From: an uncultured Clostridia bacterium
GTDB lineage: Bacteria; Acidobacteriota; Aminicenantia; UBA2199
Direction: 5' to 3'
Assembly (NCBI GenBank): GCA_964457225.1
Contig: CAYWEM010000001.1
Coordinates: forward strand, 78,012-142,011
Length of the DNA stretch: 64,000 nt
The position numbers and the translations under genes are program-made. The notes below the pieces were generated by a model. It saw only the letters and a program-made list of their open reading frames with translations. It did no database searches and was not told the DNA's origin. Below, in pieces: positions 46,608 through 55,642 of the stretch (positions are counted from its first letter, which is position 1; each line of letters begins with the position of its first letter).

Positions 46608-48077
46608 TCATTCCAGGCAGGCCGATTTTTCGGCGCTGATCTTGTTTTTTTCCAGGATCTCGGCATGGGCATCGACTGCGGCTTCGGCATCGAGGTAAAT
46701 GCTCTCACCGCTGTCCAGCTCAACCAGGTGCCAGTGCCCGGTCACAGCGGCGAAAGCCGGGGCCAGGTCAGCCATTGATCTGATTTCCCGGCCGTTGACC
46801 CGGGTGACGATTTCATGTTCCAGATCCTGGTAACCCTGGTTGATCGAGTGAGGCAGGATTCCGGCCAGCACCACCAGTTCGGAGCGCTCCGGTTCCGGAT
46901 TGCCGTAGTAGTACTGGTAATTCATTTTCGGGAACAGCCATTCATCTCTCCAGGCCCTGATGTAGTCCAGGGTCAGGTTCATGAACACCAGGCCGCAGTA
47001 AACCAGGTAGGCCGGCCTGGTGTCGAAGCGCCGCGGCGGCACCAGGAATTCCTCCGCCTGCAGTTTGATCCGGCCCCGCTCTTCCCGGCCGGCCCTCCGG
47101 AAAGTCAGCTCAACTTCCTCGCCCACCTGGCGCCGGCTGAGCAGAAAGCTGAAATCCACCCCTTCCGAAGAATTTAAAGGCACACTGCCGTCCATGCCGA
47201 TTGTCACCCCGTCAAGGCTGAGCAGGATATCCCCCCGCTCCAGCACTCCGTAGGCCGTACTGCCGTATTCAACCCGGTTGACCAGTACTCCGTGATCGAG
47301 ATAGCCCAGGCCGAGAGCGGCTCTCATGGCCGGGTTGCTGGTATCCTGGTAATCCAGGTTCAGAGTCGGCACTCCATCGTAGCGCCCGTCGGCGATGTCA
47401 GCCAGGAACCTGTTGATGAGCGGCACCGAGACGGCAACAAATTCTTCTTTCTTATCGCTATTTCTTCCATAAATAACAGCCGAAAGCCGCCCGTCCACGA
47501 TCAGCGCGCCGCCCGAACTGCCCGGCCCGACTTCCTGGTCATATTTATTGCAACTCAGGCCCAGCAGTGACAGACGCGAATCATTGAAAGTCATCATTTC
47601 GTGTTGGTTGATACTGCTTTTACCCGCGAAAACCCTGGTGCGACCGCCGGGAAAGCTGTAAGTCAGTCCCCGGTCGCCGGCGCGTGCGGCCTCACCTATC
47701 TCCAGCGGCCGGATGCCGGCGAAGAAAGCGGGGTCCTCAACCTTCAGCAGGGCCAGGTCACTGTCATGGGCCACGAATTCCACTTGAGCCGGGAACCACT
47801 TGGCATCACTCGCTCTCAGCACCCGGACTTCTTTCTGATCGGCCACCACGTGGGCGCAGGTCAGGATGCGCGGGCCGGCGATCACACAGCCCGATCCACC
47901 ACCGCTTCTCTTTGCTTTCATTTTCCAGGGCCGGCGATAGTCGGGACTCTGCTTGACTACTTCCACCCGCACCACCGCGTGCCGGTATTGCATGTCCCAG
48001 TGTATCTGCCGGGGCAGGAGCATGGGCAGCAGCAGGAGCAGCAGCACCCAGGCCGCTTTTTTCAACTTCTCTTTCAT
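46608..48077 (-). CDS. Secreted trypsin-like serine protease with PDZ domain(s) (HtrA/Do-like, S1 family)
   Basis: Catalytic His in TCAHVV. Asp in DSDLALLKV. Ser in GPGSSGGAL. PDZ-like GDILLSLDGVTI. Confidence 0.7.
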   Translation of the reverse strand: MKEKLKKAAWVLLLLLLPMLLPRQIHWDMQYRHAVVRVEVVKQSPDYRRPWKMKAKRSGGGSGCVIAGPRILTCAHVVADQKEVRVLRASDAKWFPAQVEFVAHDSDLALLKVEDPAFFAGIRPLEIGEAARAGDRGLTYSFPGGRTRVFAGKSSINQHEMMTFNDSRLSLLGLSCNKYDQEVGPGSSGGALIVDGRLSAVIYGRNSDKKEEFVAVSVPLINRFLADIADGRYDGVPTLNLDYQDTSNPAMRAALGLGYLDHGVLVNRVEYGSTAYGVLERGDILLSLDGVTIGMDGSVPLNSSEGVDFSFLLSRRQVGEEVELTFRRAGREERGRIKLQAEEFLVPPRRFDTRPAYLVYCGLVFMNLTLDYIRAWRDEWLFPKMNYQYYYGNPEPERSELVVLAGILPHSINQGYQDLEHEIVTRVNGREIRSMADLAPAFAAVTGHWHLVELDSGESIYLDAEAAVDAHAEILEKNKISAEKSACLE

Positions 48078-48333
48078 TCCTCACACCTCGTTTTTCCGCC
48101 TTCGCAGGAAGCCCGGCTTCTGCATGGTTTCGTCCACCATGCACCGCCTGCTTTACCAATTTCGCATAAAACCCTAAGCAAGGGTTAAATAGGCTTTCAG
48201 GAAGGCAATCATGCTTTTTTTCGTCATGATTTGAACATGCAGAAACAATACTATACAAATCTATTACTGTCTATTTTCGCGAATTGAACAATTGATTTCT
48301 TTGCCGGGAGAGAAAAAACACCCGAACTTTGGC

Positions 48334-48711
48334 TTACATGTCCTTGACCCGGCGCTCGAAGAGTTGCCGGTAGAGGGAAACGGCCAGGGCGCCGAACAGG
48401 ACGATCAGGTACAGGAATCTATGGCTGAGCGGATCGACCGGCCATGCCCCCGACCAGGCCCCGAATTCAACCAGGAACACGGCGAAAATCGTGGCCGTGC
48501 TGATGTAAAATACCCTGAGCCTGAGGCAATTCGTATCTATCAGCACGGTGGCGGCGCTCCAGGAGACGGCGGCGCTGGCTGAAAGCAGGGCGTTCAAGAG
48601 GTTGCTTTTCAGCCCGTTGGCCCTGAAAACCAGCAAATAGAGGGCCAGGCAAACCAGGCCGAGCAAAACCGGTAAAAAGGCTGTTTTTCTCATCTGAACC
48701 AGAGCAATCAT
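48334..48711 (-). CDS. Small membrane protein (hypothetical)
   Basis: Three to four TM segments. Start moved to MIALVQM (RBS GGAAGGAAAG), because the ORF-track 5' extension runs into repeat copy A3. Confidence 0.4.
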   Translation of the reverse strand: MIALVQMRKTAFLPVLLGLVCLALYLLVFRANGLKSNLLNALLSASAAVSWSAATVLIDTNCLRLRVFYISTATIFAVFLVEFGAWSGAWPVDPLSHRFLYLIVLFGALAVSLYRQLFERRVKDM

Positions 48712-48782
48712 ATTCTTTCCTTCCGGGCAAGTCAATATGCACCACGGCACCTCTGATTCCCCGTTTAAATCTTTGAAAAAGG

Positions 48783-48959
48783 GAAAGGGTGAAGCAAAAG
48801 CGAACGTCAAACGAAGGTGCAGGGAACCGACAAAGCCAGGCTGGACGTGCCCTTCAGGGTAACATGACCACTGTCTGAGCGAAGCGAGTTGGTCATGTTA
48901 GTACAGCCTGGCTTTACGTCGGTCTGCACCGTAGTGGTGAGCGTTGATTCACCCTTTCC
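48783..48959 (+). repeat. Copy A3 of the ~177-nt structured palindromic element (reference copy)
   Basis: Terminal inverted repeats gaaagggtgaa / ttcaccctttc. Internal complementary segments aacatgacca/tggtcatgtt, agccaggct/agcctggct, ggtgcag/ctgcacc, accgac/gtcggt. Confidence 0.85.
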
Positions 48960-49123
48960 TTCAGGTAATACACACACCCAATAATGCTCTTAATAACAAT
49001 TACAGAAATCAGCTAGGGAATCCTGACGGCGGCGGGCCGTCTTGACAAGGTAGTTATTTCTATAATATAGAATTAAAGTAATCGTTTAAGTCACCTTAAC
49101 CGAAATCCATCCGGAGGTGTGTC

Positions 49124-50440
49124 ATGTCGGGAAACAGCAAGGATCGCCGCCAGTTTCTGAAGACCTCGGCCCTGGGCCTGGCCGGGGCCGGAATGCTCGG
49201 CCGGATCAGGCTCGAAGCCTCCGCTCCGGCCGCCACCGAAGCTCAGCCCCGCATCAGGCGCTACAACCTGCTGGGGCGCACCGGCTTTGAAGTCTCCGAC
49301 ATCGGCATCGGCAGTTCCCGGGTGTTTTCAGCGGCCGTTTTCCAGGCCATGCTGGAAGCCGGAGTCAATTACATCGACACCGGTGAAAGCTACGGCCGCG
49401 GCGGCTCGGAACGCAGTATCGGCGAAGCCCTGCAGGGCTTCGAGCGGAAAAAAGTCTTCATCACCAGCAAACTGCACCTGCGGGCCGGGGAAAGCGAACA
49501 GCAGGTGCTTGACCGCTTCCAGGCCTGCCTGGAACGCCTGCAGACCGACTACCTCGACTGCCTGATGATCCACAACCCGGCCACCACGGCCGACCTCTCC
49601 CATCCCGGTTTTCACGCCGCCTGCGACCGGCTGAAAAAGGAGAAAAAGCTTCGCTTCCTCGGGGTCTCCAATCACGGACCGCGCCAGGCCGGTAGTGGTG
49701 AACCGATGGACGAGGTACTTACCGCGGCCGCCCGGGACGGGCGTTTCGACGTGCTGCTGCTGATCTACAACTTCATCCAGCACGAACCCGGAGAACGGAT
49801 CATGGCCGCCTGCGCCGAGCACAACCTCGGGGTGACCATCATGAAATCGGATCCCCTGGGCCGCTATTTCGAGACCCGGGAAAGGGTGGCCGCGCTCAAG
49901 GCCGAGGGCGGCGAAGTCGAACCAAGGCTGCTGCAGTCCCTGGAACAGCTCGAAGCAACCGCCGCCCAGGCCGGAGATTTCCTCAAAAAGCACGGTCTCA
50001 GTTCGGCCCGGGAAATCAAGGAAGCGGCCATCAAGTTCATCCTGGGTGACCCGCGGGTGCACACGGTCAACCTGGCGGTCGGAAATTTCGAGGAAGCCGA
50101 ACAGTTCGTGAAACTATCCGGCGGTTCGCTTACTCCCCGGGACCAGGCCGGCCTGGCCGCCTTCCGCAACGACTGCGCCGGGCTCTACTGCCGCCACGCC
50201 TGCGGCCTCTGCGAGCGGGCCTGCCCGCAAAGGGTCGCGGTCAACACCGTCATGCGCTACAGCCATTACTTTGAATACAGCGGCTCGGAAAAGATCGCCA
50301 TGGCCAAGTACGCGTCCATGGTCGAGCCCAATGCAGGCAATTGCGCTTCCTGCAGCGGCATCTGCCAGCAGAACTGCCCCTACGGGGTGCCCATCCACGG
50401 CCTGCTGAGCCTGGCCCACCGCCGCCTGAGCTTGTCCTGA
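49124..50440 (+). CDS. Tat-exported aldo/keto reductase fused to a C-terminal Cys-rich (Fe-S-like) domain
   Basis: Twin-arginine signal SKDRRQFLKTSALGLAGAG. AKR core IDTGESYGRGGSERSIG. C-terminal CRHACGLCERACP ... CASCSGICQQNCPYG. Confidence 0.6.
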   Translation: MSGNSKDRRQFLKTSALGLAGAGMLGRIRLEASAPAATEAQPRIRRYNLLGRTGFEVSDIGIGSSRVFSAAVFQAMLEAGVNYIDTGESYGRGGSERSIGEALQGFERKKVFITSKLHLRAGESEQQVLDRFQACLERLQTDYLDCLMIHNPATTADLSHPGFHAACDRLKKEKKLRFLGVSNHGPRQAGSGEPMDEVLTAAARDGRFDVLLLIYNFIQHEPGERIMAACAEHNLGVTIMKSDPLGRYFETRERVAALKAEGGEVEPRLLQSLEQLEATAAQAGDFLKKHGLSSAREIKEAAIKFILGDPRVHTVNLAVGNFEEAEQFVKLSGGSLTPRDQAGLAAFRNDCAGLYCRHACGLCERACPQRVAVNTVMRYSHYFEYSGSEKIAMAKYASMVEPNAGNCASCSGICQQNCPYGVPIHGLLSLAHRRLSLS

Positions 50441-50530
50441 CCCTTCCGTCACCTAAGCCAGGCCGAAACAACCATTAACGGTTGTTGACAGTTATTTTGG
50501 AATAATCGATAATGCACTCAGGAAAAAACG

Positions 50531-50866
50531 ATGCCGGCGGTAAAAACATCAATCGATCAGGAAGCTCGATTGATTATAAAAAATGTTCTGGAAAGCCAAG
50601 GCTTCGTCAACTCAAGAATAGTTCTTTTCGGATCAAGGGCCGACGGCACCGCCCGGATTGAAAGCGATTGGGATTACCTGGTGCTCATTTCCAAACCGAT
50701 TACCGTCTCTCAGAAACGCCTCCTTATCCGGCAGATCAAGCGAAAACTGGCCAGGAATTATATCCCCAATGACATCATCCTGCAAACCCGCGAAGAATTT
50801 GAACAGAAAAAGAACACTCCTGGAACAATCAGCCGCAATCTCACATTGGATGGATTTGTCTTGTGA
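50531..50866 (+). CDS. Nucleotidyltransferase (MNT-type) antitoxin
   Basis: hG[GS] and DxD motifs: LFGSRADGTARIESDWDYLV. 4-bp overlap with the downstream HEPN gene. AT-rich. Confidence 0.7.
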   Translation: MPAVKTSIDQEARLIIKNVLESQGFVNSRIVLFGSRADGTARIESDWDYLVLISKPITVSQKRLLIRQIKRKLARNYIPNDIILQTREEFEQKKNTPGTISRNLTLDGFVL

Positions 50867-51252
50867 ACGATTGGGCACATAAATGGATCAAGAAAGCTCG
50901 GAATGACCTTAAAACCGGATTAGATCAACTGGCCACCCTTGATCCCGCCACTGACACCATCTGTTTTCACATGCAGCAATGTGTTGAAAAGTACCTGAAA
51001 GCTTTCCTGGTGGAAAGAAAGCAGGATTTTCGAAAAACTCATGATATCGCCGAATTAATTGAGCTTTGCAAGCTGAAAGATCCCTCTTTTGAGGAATTAT
51101 ACGATCTGAATGTCGACTCCCTGACTCAATACGGCATTGATGTCCGTTATCCCGATGATTTTTATATGCCGACTATTGAAGAAACAAGAAAAGCAGTTGA
51201 AATAACCGAGAAAGCAATTTCTTTCATCTCAACACGTATCGACCAGGACTGA
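50863..51252 (+). CDS. HEPN-domain toxin
   Basis: R-x4-HD motif (FRKTHDIAELIE) in an all-helical ~130-aa protein. Paired with MNT. Confidence 0.7.
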   Translation: MNDWAHKWIKKARNDLKTGLDQLATLDPATDTICFHMQQCVEKYLKAFLVERKQDFRKTHDIAELIELCKLKDPSFEELYDLNVDSLTQYGIDVRYPDDFYMPTIEETRKAVEITEKAISFISTRIDQD

Positions 51253-51321
51253 TCCTTCCAGTTTTAATTCCCGGCTGAAAAAAAGAAAAAGTTTGCTTCG
51301 AGCCCCAGCCAAATCTTTTAA

Positions 51322-52155
51322 TCAGGCGCCTTCGCCCCAGCAGATCATGATGAACTCGGCGTATTCCCCGGGGCCGGCCCAGAATTCATGGCTCATGCCG
51401 GCCGGCACGACCAGGGCCATGCCCTCGTGCAACACTCTCGACTCGCCGTTCAGGCGGGCCTGGCAGGAGCCGCGTATCACTATGAACAGGCTGGCAAAGG
51501 GATTTACCTGGTCGGCCGGCTCGGCATTGATATGCATGCCCGCTTCAAGCTGGTACCAGGCTGAACGCAGGCCCCGGTCGTAATGAATGACCGTGGCATT
51601 GCCCCCATGCACCAGCCGGCTGGTGCCCTCACCGAAGCGCACGCTCACCGGGTGTTCGCGATTCCAGAAATGAAAGGCCAGCGGCAACAAGCGGCCCAGG
51701 ACCTCGGCCGAGGGTTTCACCCCGGGCGGCAGTATGGGATCCATGGCCGCCGGATCCTGCCAGTTGGCCCGGCCCATGGCGGTCATGTGGTTGATCTCTC
51801 CGCGGTCCAGGCGGCGCAGGGTTTCGATGTCGGTGCGAAAGCCGCCGTCATGTTTTTCAGGCAGGCCTTCGGCCAGCACGGCCCCGCCCCCAGGCGAGAG
51901 GAGCAGGTTGAAATCACCGCCCCCGGTCCCGCTGATCCGGAAAATCAGTACCGTTCTCTGCGGCAGTTCAAAGCGGCCGGCTCCGGCTTCCCAGGCGGCC
52001 CGGTAACGTTCCAGGATGGTCCGGGCATCGTCGGCCCGGTTATCCGGCCCGGTCAGCGGCGGCGGGCTGGTGCGTTGCGGGTCTTCCGCGGGTGAGGCAA
52101 CTGGGGCGCTTACCAGCAGACTGAGACAAAACAATATCAGGCAGGTTTTTTTCAT
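51322..52155 (-). CDS. Secreted protein with C-terminal cupin domain
   Basis: Signal peptide MKKTCLILFCLSLLVSAPVASPA. C-terminal cupin-like VIRGSCQARLNGESRVLHEGMALVVPAGMSHEFWAG. Confidence 0.45.
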   Translation of the reverse strand: MKKTCLILFCLSLLVSAPVASPAEDPQRTSPPPLTGPDNRADDARTILERYRAAWEAGAGRFELPQRTVLIFRISGTGGGDFNLLLSPGGGAVLAEGLPEKHDGGFRTDIETLRRLDRGEINHMTAMGRANWQDPAAMDPILPPGVKPSAEVLGRLLPLAFHFWNREHPVSVRFGEGTSRLVHGGNATVIHYDRGLRSAWYQLEAGMHINAEPADQVNPFASLFIVIRGSCQARLNGESRVLHEGMALVVPAGMSHEFWAGPGEYAEFIMICWGEGA

Positions 52156-52233
52156 TTTTCCTCCAGAGGCACCTTATAAACGCAGGGCCCTCGCCCCGGG
52201 TTCCCCGGAAAGAATGAAAAATTCCCGGCCGGC

Positions 52234-52710
52234 TTATTTGTATATCAACTTCAGCGGGTCGATCAGCTGACCGTTATACTCGACCTGGTAGCGAAGTGTG
52301 CTGTAAGCCACCGGCGGCGGCTCCTGGATCCGGCCCAGCGCCTGCCAGCGCCGCAGCTCTTCGCCCGGCTTGACCAGGGCTTCTCCCTGCCAGCTGTAGC
52401 GCGTCAGGTATCCGGAGCGGTGATCGATGACCAACAGCCAGCCGCGGTCGCCGACTTTTTCCAGGGAAAGCACCAGGCCGTCGGCCGGGGCCTTGATTTC
52501 CCTGCCGACCGAAGTTTCGATGTCAATCCCCGGGTTGGGGCCGACACTGCCGTCAGCCAGCCTGACCTGGTCGCCGAAACCATTTTCAACATACCCGTTC
52601 ACGGGCCAGATGGCCGGTATGCCCGCCGGATCTTTTTCTTTTTCAGCATCCTGCCCGGAAAGGACCAGGCCGAACAGGGCGACCACCAGAATAAAGGTTG
52701 TTCTTTTCAT
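52234..52710 (-). CDS. Secreted LytM (peptidase M23)-domain protein with degenerate active site
   Basis: The M23 fold segments GIDIETSVGREIKAPADGLV and HRSGYLTRY are present. The C-terminal HxH is replaced (TLRYQVEYNGQLIDP instead of GPHLHFE). Confidence 0.5.
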   Translation of the reverse strand: MKRTTFILVVALFGLVLSGQDAEKEKDPAGIPAIWPVNGYVENGFGDQVRLADGSVGPNPGIDIETSVGREIKAPADGLVLSLEKVGDRGWLLVIDHRSGYLTRYSWQGEALVKPGEELRRWQALGRIQEPPPVAYSTLRYQVEYNGQLIDPLKLIYK

Positions 52711-52947
52711 TGTCCCTCATCGGCAAATGTCGGCCGCGCCGCTTTGCTTTCTGATTTCAATTGATGATAAATCAATGAAAAATACAAGTCAACAAGTTCA
52801 TGTTATTTTTTCAATCATCCGTGAAGTTGTTGACCGTCAATGCCTATAATAAAAGACAGTATGTTTTTTCTATCCAGTTTATATCGTTTTACTCCGCTTG
52901 ACATAGTGAATATCGTTTTGTATAAAAACCAGTATCAAGGAGGGATA

Positions 52948-54033
52948 ATGCGTTTATTGTCGATTCGAATAAAACCAGCTTCAATCCTGATAACCATCAC
53001 GGCCTGCCTGCTTTTTTCCAGTTCTTTCGCCCCGGCGCAGGAAAAGCCGCTCCTGCTCCAGCCGGACCTGCACATAGACCTGGAGAACCTGCATCCGGAA
53101 ATGATCCTTTCCACAGTCAGTTACTTTGACTTCGCCCCGGACGGTTCTCTGTACATCCTTGATTCCAAGGCGAAAATGCTGTTCAAGCTCGACCGTGATT
53201 TCAAATTTTCAAACAGCGTGGGCCGACCCGGCCAGGGACCGGGTGAATTAAACTCGGTTACTTCCTTCTGCATCAATACAAACGGCGAGATCTGCGTCCT
53301 TAATTCACCGGCACTGCAGGTTTTCTCCCCCGAGGGCAAAGCACTGCGCCAGCACCAACTCGAACCAAGGTCAATGCCGAATAACATTTATTCAAGGCCG
53401 GGCGGCGGCCTTGTCTTTTCCCTGGCCAGCATGAGACCAAAGGACAAGGGAATGGAGTTTTACCAGGAAGTGATTTCTGCCGACCAGGATTTCAAGGAGT
53501 TGAAAACGCTCTACAGACAATCCTCCGAAGACGGTCAGCACCGGGGGCATTACACCTTCGTAGCCCAGCCGGAAGGCGGTTTTTTCGTGCGCCATATTTC
53601 AACCGAAGTTTATGAAATCGAGCACTATAACGCAGAGGGCAAATTACTGGGATTGATCAAGCGGCCCTTCAAAGCGGTGAAGAAAAGCCCGGCCCGGGTA
53701 GCCAGGGAAAAGGAAAACATGGACAAGCAAATGGCCCGATACGGCATCAAGCGGGAGTTCACGCCCGATCCTTACAAGAACTCGATATCCAGGCTGTTGA
53801 CCGATGAAAGCGGCCGGCTCTGGGTCTTGACCATCGGAAGCGAGCCTGAAGACGAAAGGCTCCACCTGGACCTGTTCAACGCCGCCGGACTCTTCCGGGC
53901 CAGATTTGTACTGCCCGATGAATTCATCAGCCCGGTACTCAAGTTGCGCCGCAACGCCGTCTGGGTGCTGGACGCTCATTCCGATGAAGGCGCTTTCCTG
54001 GCCCGCTACCCCCTGCCGGACAAGCTTCAATAA
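52948..54033 (+). CDS. Secreted NHL-repeat beta-propeller protein
   Basis: NHL repeat GRPGQGPGELNSVTSFCINTNGEICVLNSPALQVFSPEGK. Signal peptide. Strong TTGACA-17-TATAAA promoter and AAGGAGGG RBS upstream. The ORF-track 5' extension was rejected. Confidence 0.55.
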   Translation: MRLLSIRIKPASILITITACLLFSSSFAPAQEKPLLLQPDLHIDLENLHPEMILSTVSYFDFAPDGSLYILDSKAKMLFKLDRDFKFSNSVGRPGQGPGELNSVTSFCINTNGEICVLNSPALQVFSPEGKALRQHQLEPRSMPNNIYSRPGGGLVFSLASMRPKDKGMEFYQEVISADQDFKELKTLYRQSSEDGQHRGHYTFVAQPEGGFFVRHISTEVYEIEHYNAEGKLLGLIKRPFKAVKKSPARVAREKENMDKQMARYGIKREFTPDPYKNSISRLLTDESGRLWVLTIGSEPEDERLHLDLFNAAGLFRARFVLPDEFISPVLKLRRNAVWVLDAHSDEGAFLARYPLPDKLQ

Positions 54034-54064
54034 AGCGAGCGCTAAAAGGCCCGGCCCTTGGGCT

Positions 54065-55201
54065 TCACTCCCCGACCGCGAAAGCGTAAACCGTGGTGCT
54101 GGTGAAGACCCGGCCCGGCCGCAGTACGGTCGAGGGGAACTCCGGCTGGTTGGGGCTGTCCGGAAAATGCTGGGTCTCCAGACAGAGGCCGTGGCGCCGG
54201 CCGTAAACCGCGCCGTTCTTGCCCCTGATACTGCCGTCCAGGAAATTGCCGGCATAGAACTGCAGGCCCGGTTCAGTGGTCGAAACTGTCAGCGATCGGC
54301 CGGAGGCCGGGTCGTAGAGTACGGCCACCTTGCGTAGTACACCCGGAGGGCCGTTCAGGACGAAGTTATGGTCGTAGCCCGGACCGTGCTTGATCTGGGG
54401 ATGATCGTCATCGATGCCCGACCCGATGGGCCTCAGCCGGCGGAAGTCAAAGGGCGTGCCGGCCACCGGCATGAATTCCCCCGTGGGGATAAGGGTTTCG
54501 TCAACCGGCGTGATGCTGTCCGCGTCTATCTTGAGCAGGTGATCCAGCACGGTCCCGGCCCCGGCGTCGGCCAGGTTGAAATAACTGTGCTGGGTCAGGT
54601 TGCAGATCGTTGGCTGGTCGCTGAGCGCCCGGTATTCGATGCGCAGTTCGTTCAGGTCGTTCCAGGTGTAGATCACTGTCAGTTCGAGCTTGCCCGGGTA
54701 GCCTTCCTCGCCGTCCGGGCTGAGGTAAGTCAGCTCCAGGCCGACGTAATCCCGCTCGCGGATTTCCCGGGCCGTGAAAAGCCGCTTGTCAAAGCCCTGC
54801 AGGCCGCCGTGCAGGTGGTTGGGGCCGTTGTTCCTGGCCAGTTCGTACTCGCGGCCGTCAAGACTGAAGCGGCCCCCGGCGATGCGGTTGGCGTAACGGC
54901 CGACCACGCAGCCGAAATAGGGATGCTCGGCCAGGTAACCGTCCAGGCGGTCAAAGCCCAGCACTACGTCTCCCGGCCGGCCGGCGCGGTCCGGCACGAC
55001 AATTGAACTGATTATGGCCCCGTAAGGGGTGATGCTGACGCTGTAGCCGTAGCGGTTGCTCAGGGTGTATAGCGGCACCGTTTCACCGGCGGGCGTTTTC
55101 CCGAATTCTTTGCGGCTGATGCTCATTTCCTTCTCCTGTGCATACTGGGCTGAAGTCAATACGCAAAGCATGACCATTAAAACCAGGCTGAAAGATTTCA
55201 T
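54065..55201 (-). CDS. galM: Aldose 1-epimerase (galactose mutarotase), secreted
   Basis: Signal peptide. GalM motifs GFDKRLFTA, NGPNHLHGG, catalytic His/Glu context (HSYFNL, LCLETQHFPDSPN). Confidence 0.75.
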   Translation of the reverse strand: MKSFSLVLMVMLCVLTSAQYAQEKEMSISRKEFGKTPAGETVPLYTLSNRYGYSVSITPYGAIISSIVVPDRAGRPGDVVLGFDRLDGYLAEHPYFGCVVGRYANRIAGGRFSLDGREYELARNNGPNHLHGGLQGFDKRLFTAREIRERDYVGLELTYLSPDGEEGYPGKLELTVIYTWNDLNELRIEYRALSDQPTICNLTQHSYFNLADAGAGTVLDHLLKIDADSITPVDETLIPTGEFMPVAGTPFDFRRLRPIGSGIDDDHPQIKHGPGYDHNFVLNGPPGVLRKVAVLYDPASGRSLTVSTTEPGLQFYAGNFLDGSIRGKNGAVYGRRHGLCLETQHFPDSPNQPEFPSTVLRPGRVFTSTTVYAFAVGE

Positions 55202-55302
55202 GCAACCTCCCCGGTCCGGCCGACGCCGGGACCGGCCTTACAATTAGCACGGCGACCTCCCCCTGTCAACCGCGGGCCTGATCATATCTGATCATTGGGC
55301 CA

Positions 55303-55479
55303 GGGAAAGGGTGAAGTAAAAGCGAACGGAAACGAAGGTGCAGGGAACCGACAAAGCCGGGCTGGACGTGCCCTTCAGGGTAACATGACCACTGTCTGAG
55401 CGCAGCGAGTTGGTCATGTTAGTACAGCCTGGCTTTACGTCGGTCTGCACCGTTGTGGTGAGCGTTGATTCACCCTTTC
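55303..55479 (+). repeat. Copy A4 of the ~177-nt structured palindromic element
   Basis: 97% identical to A3 (5 substitutions). Lies intergenic between the divergent galM and GH97 genes. Confidence 0.85.
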
Positions 55480-55642
55480 ACACTCAGGAAAGACAATAAT
55501 CTTAGCAGTGTATTTCAAACAATTCCGGCAATCAGGTAGTGTGTTTGGGGGGTCACCGGCACTGGACAGCGGGATCTTCCCTGTTATATCATTGCACCTG
55601 CCGATGAAAACCGAAATCAAGCGATTCCCGCGGAGAATAACC

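Noticed and set aside
48783-48959. Possibility that the 177-nt palindromic element is a housekeeping RNA (6S RNA, SRP RNA or a tRNA-like gene)
   Set aside because: There are four near-identical copies in 64 kb, in both orientations and always intergenic. The structure is a single long bulged hairpin without tRNA cloverleaf or SRP domain IV motifs, so a multicopy mobile or repeat element is more parsimonious. A 6S-like fold cannot be fully excluded without covariance analysis.
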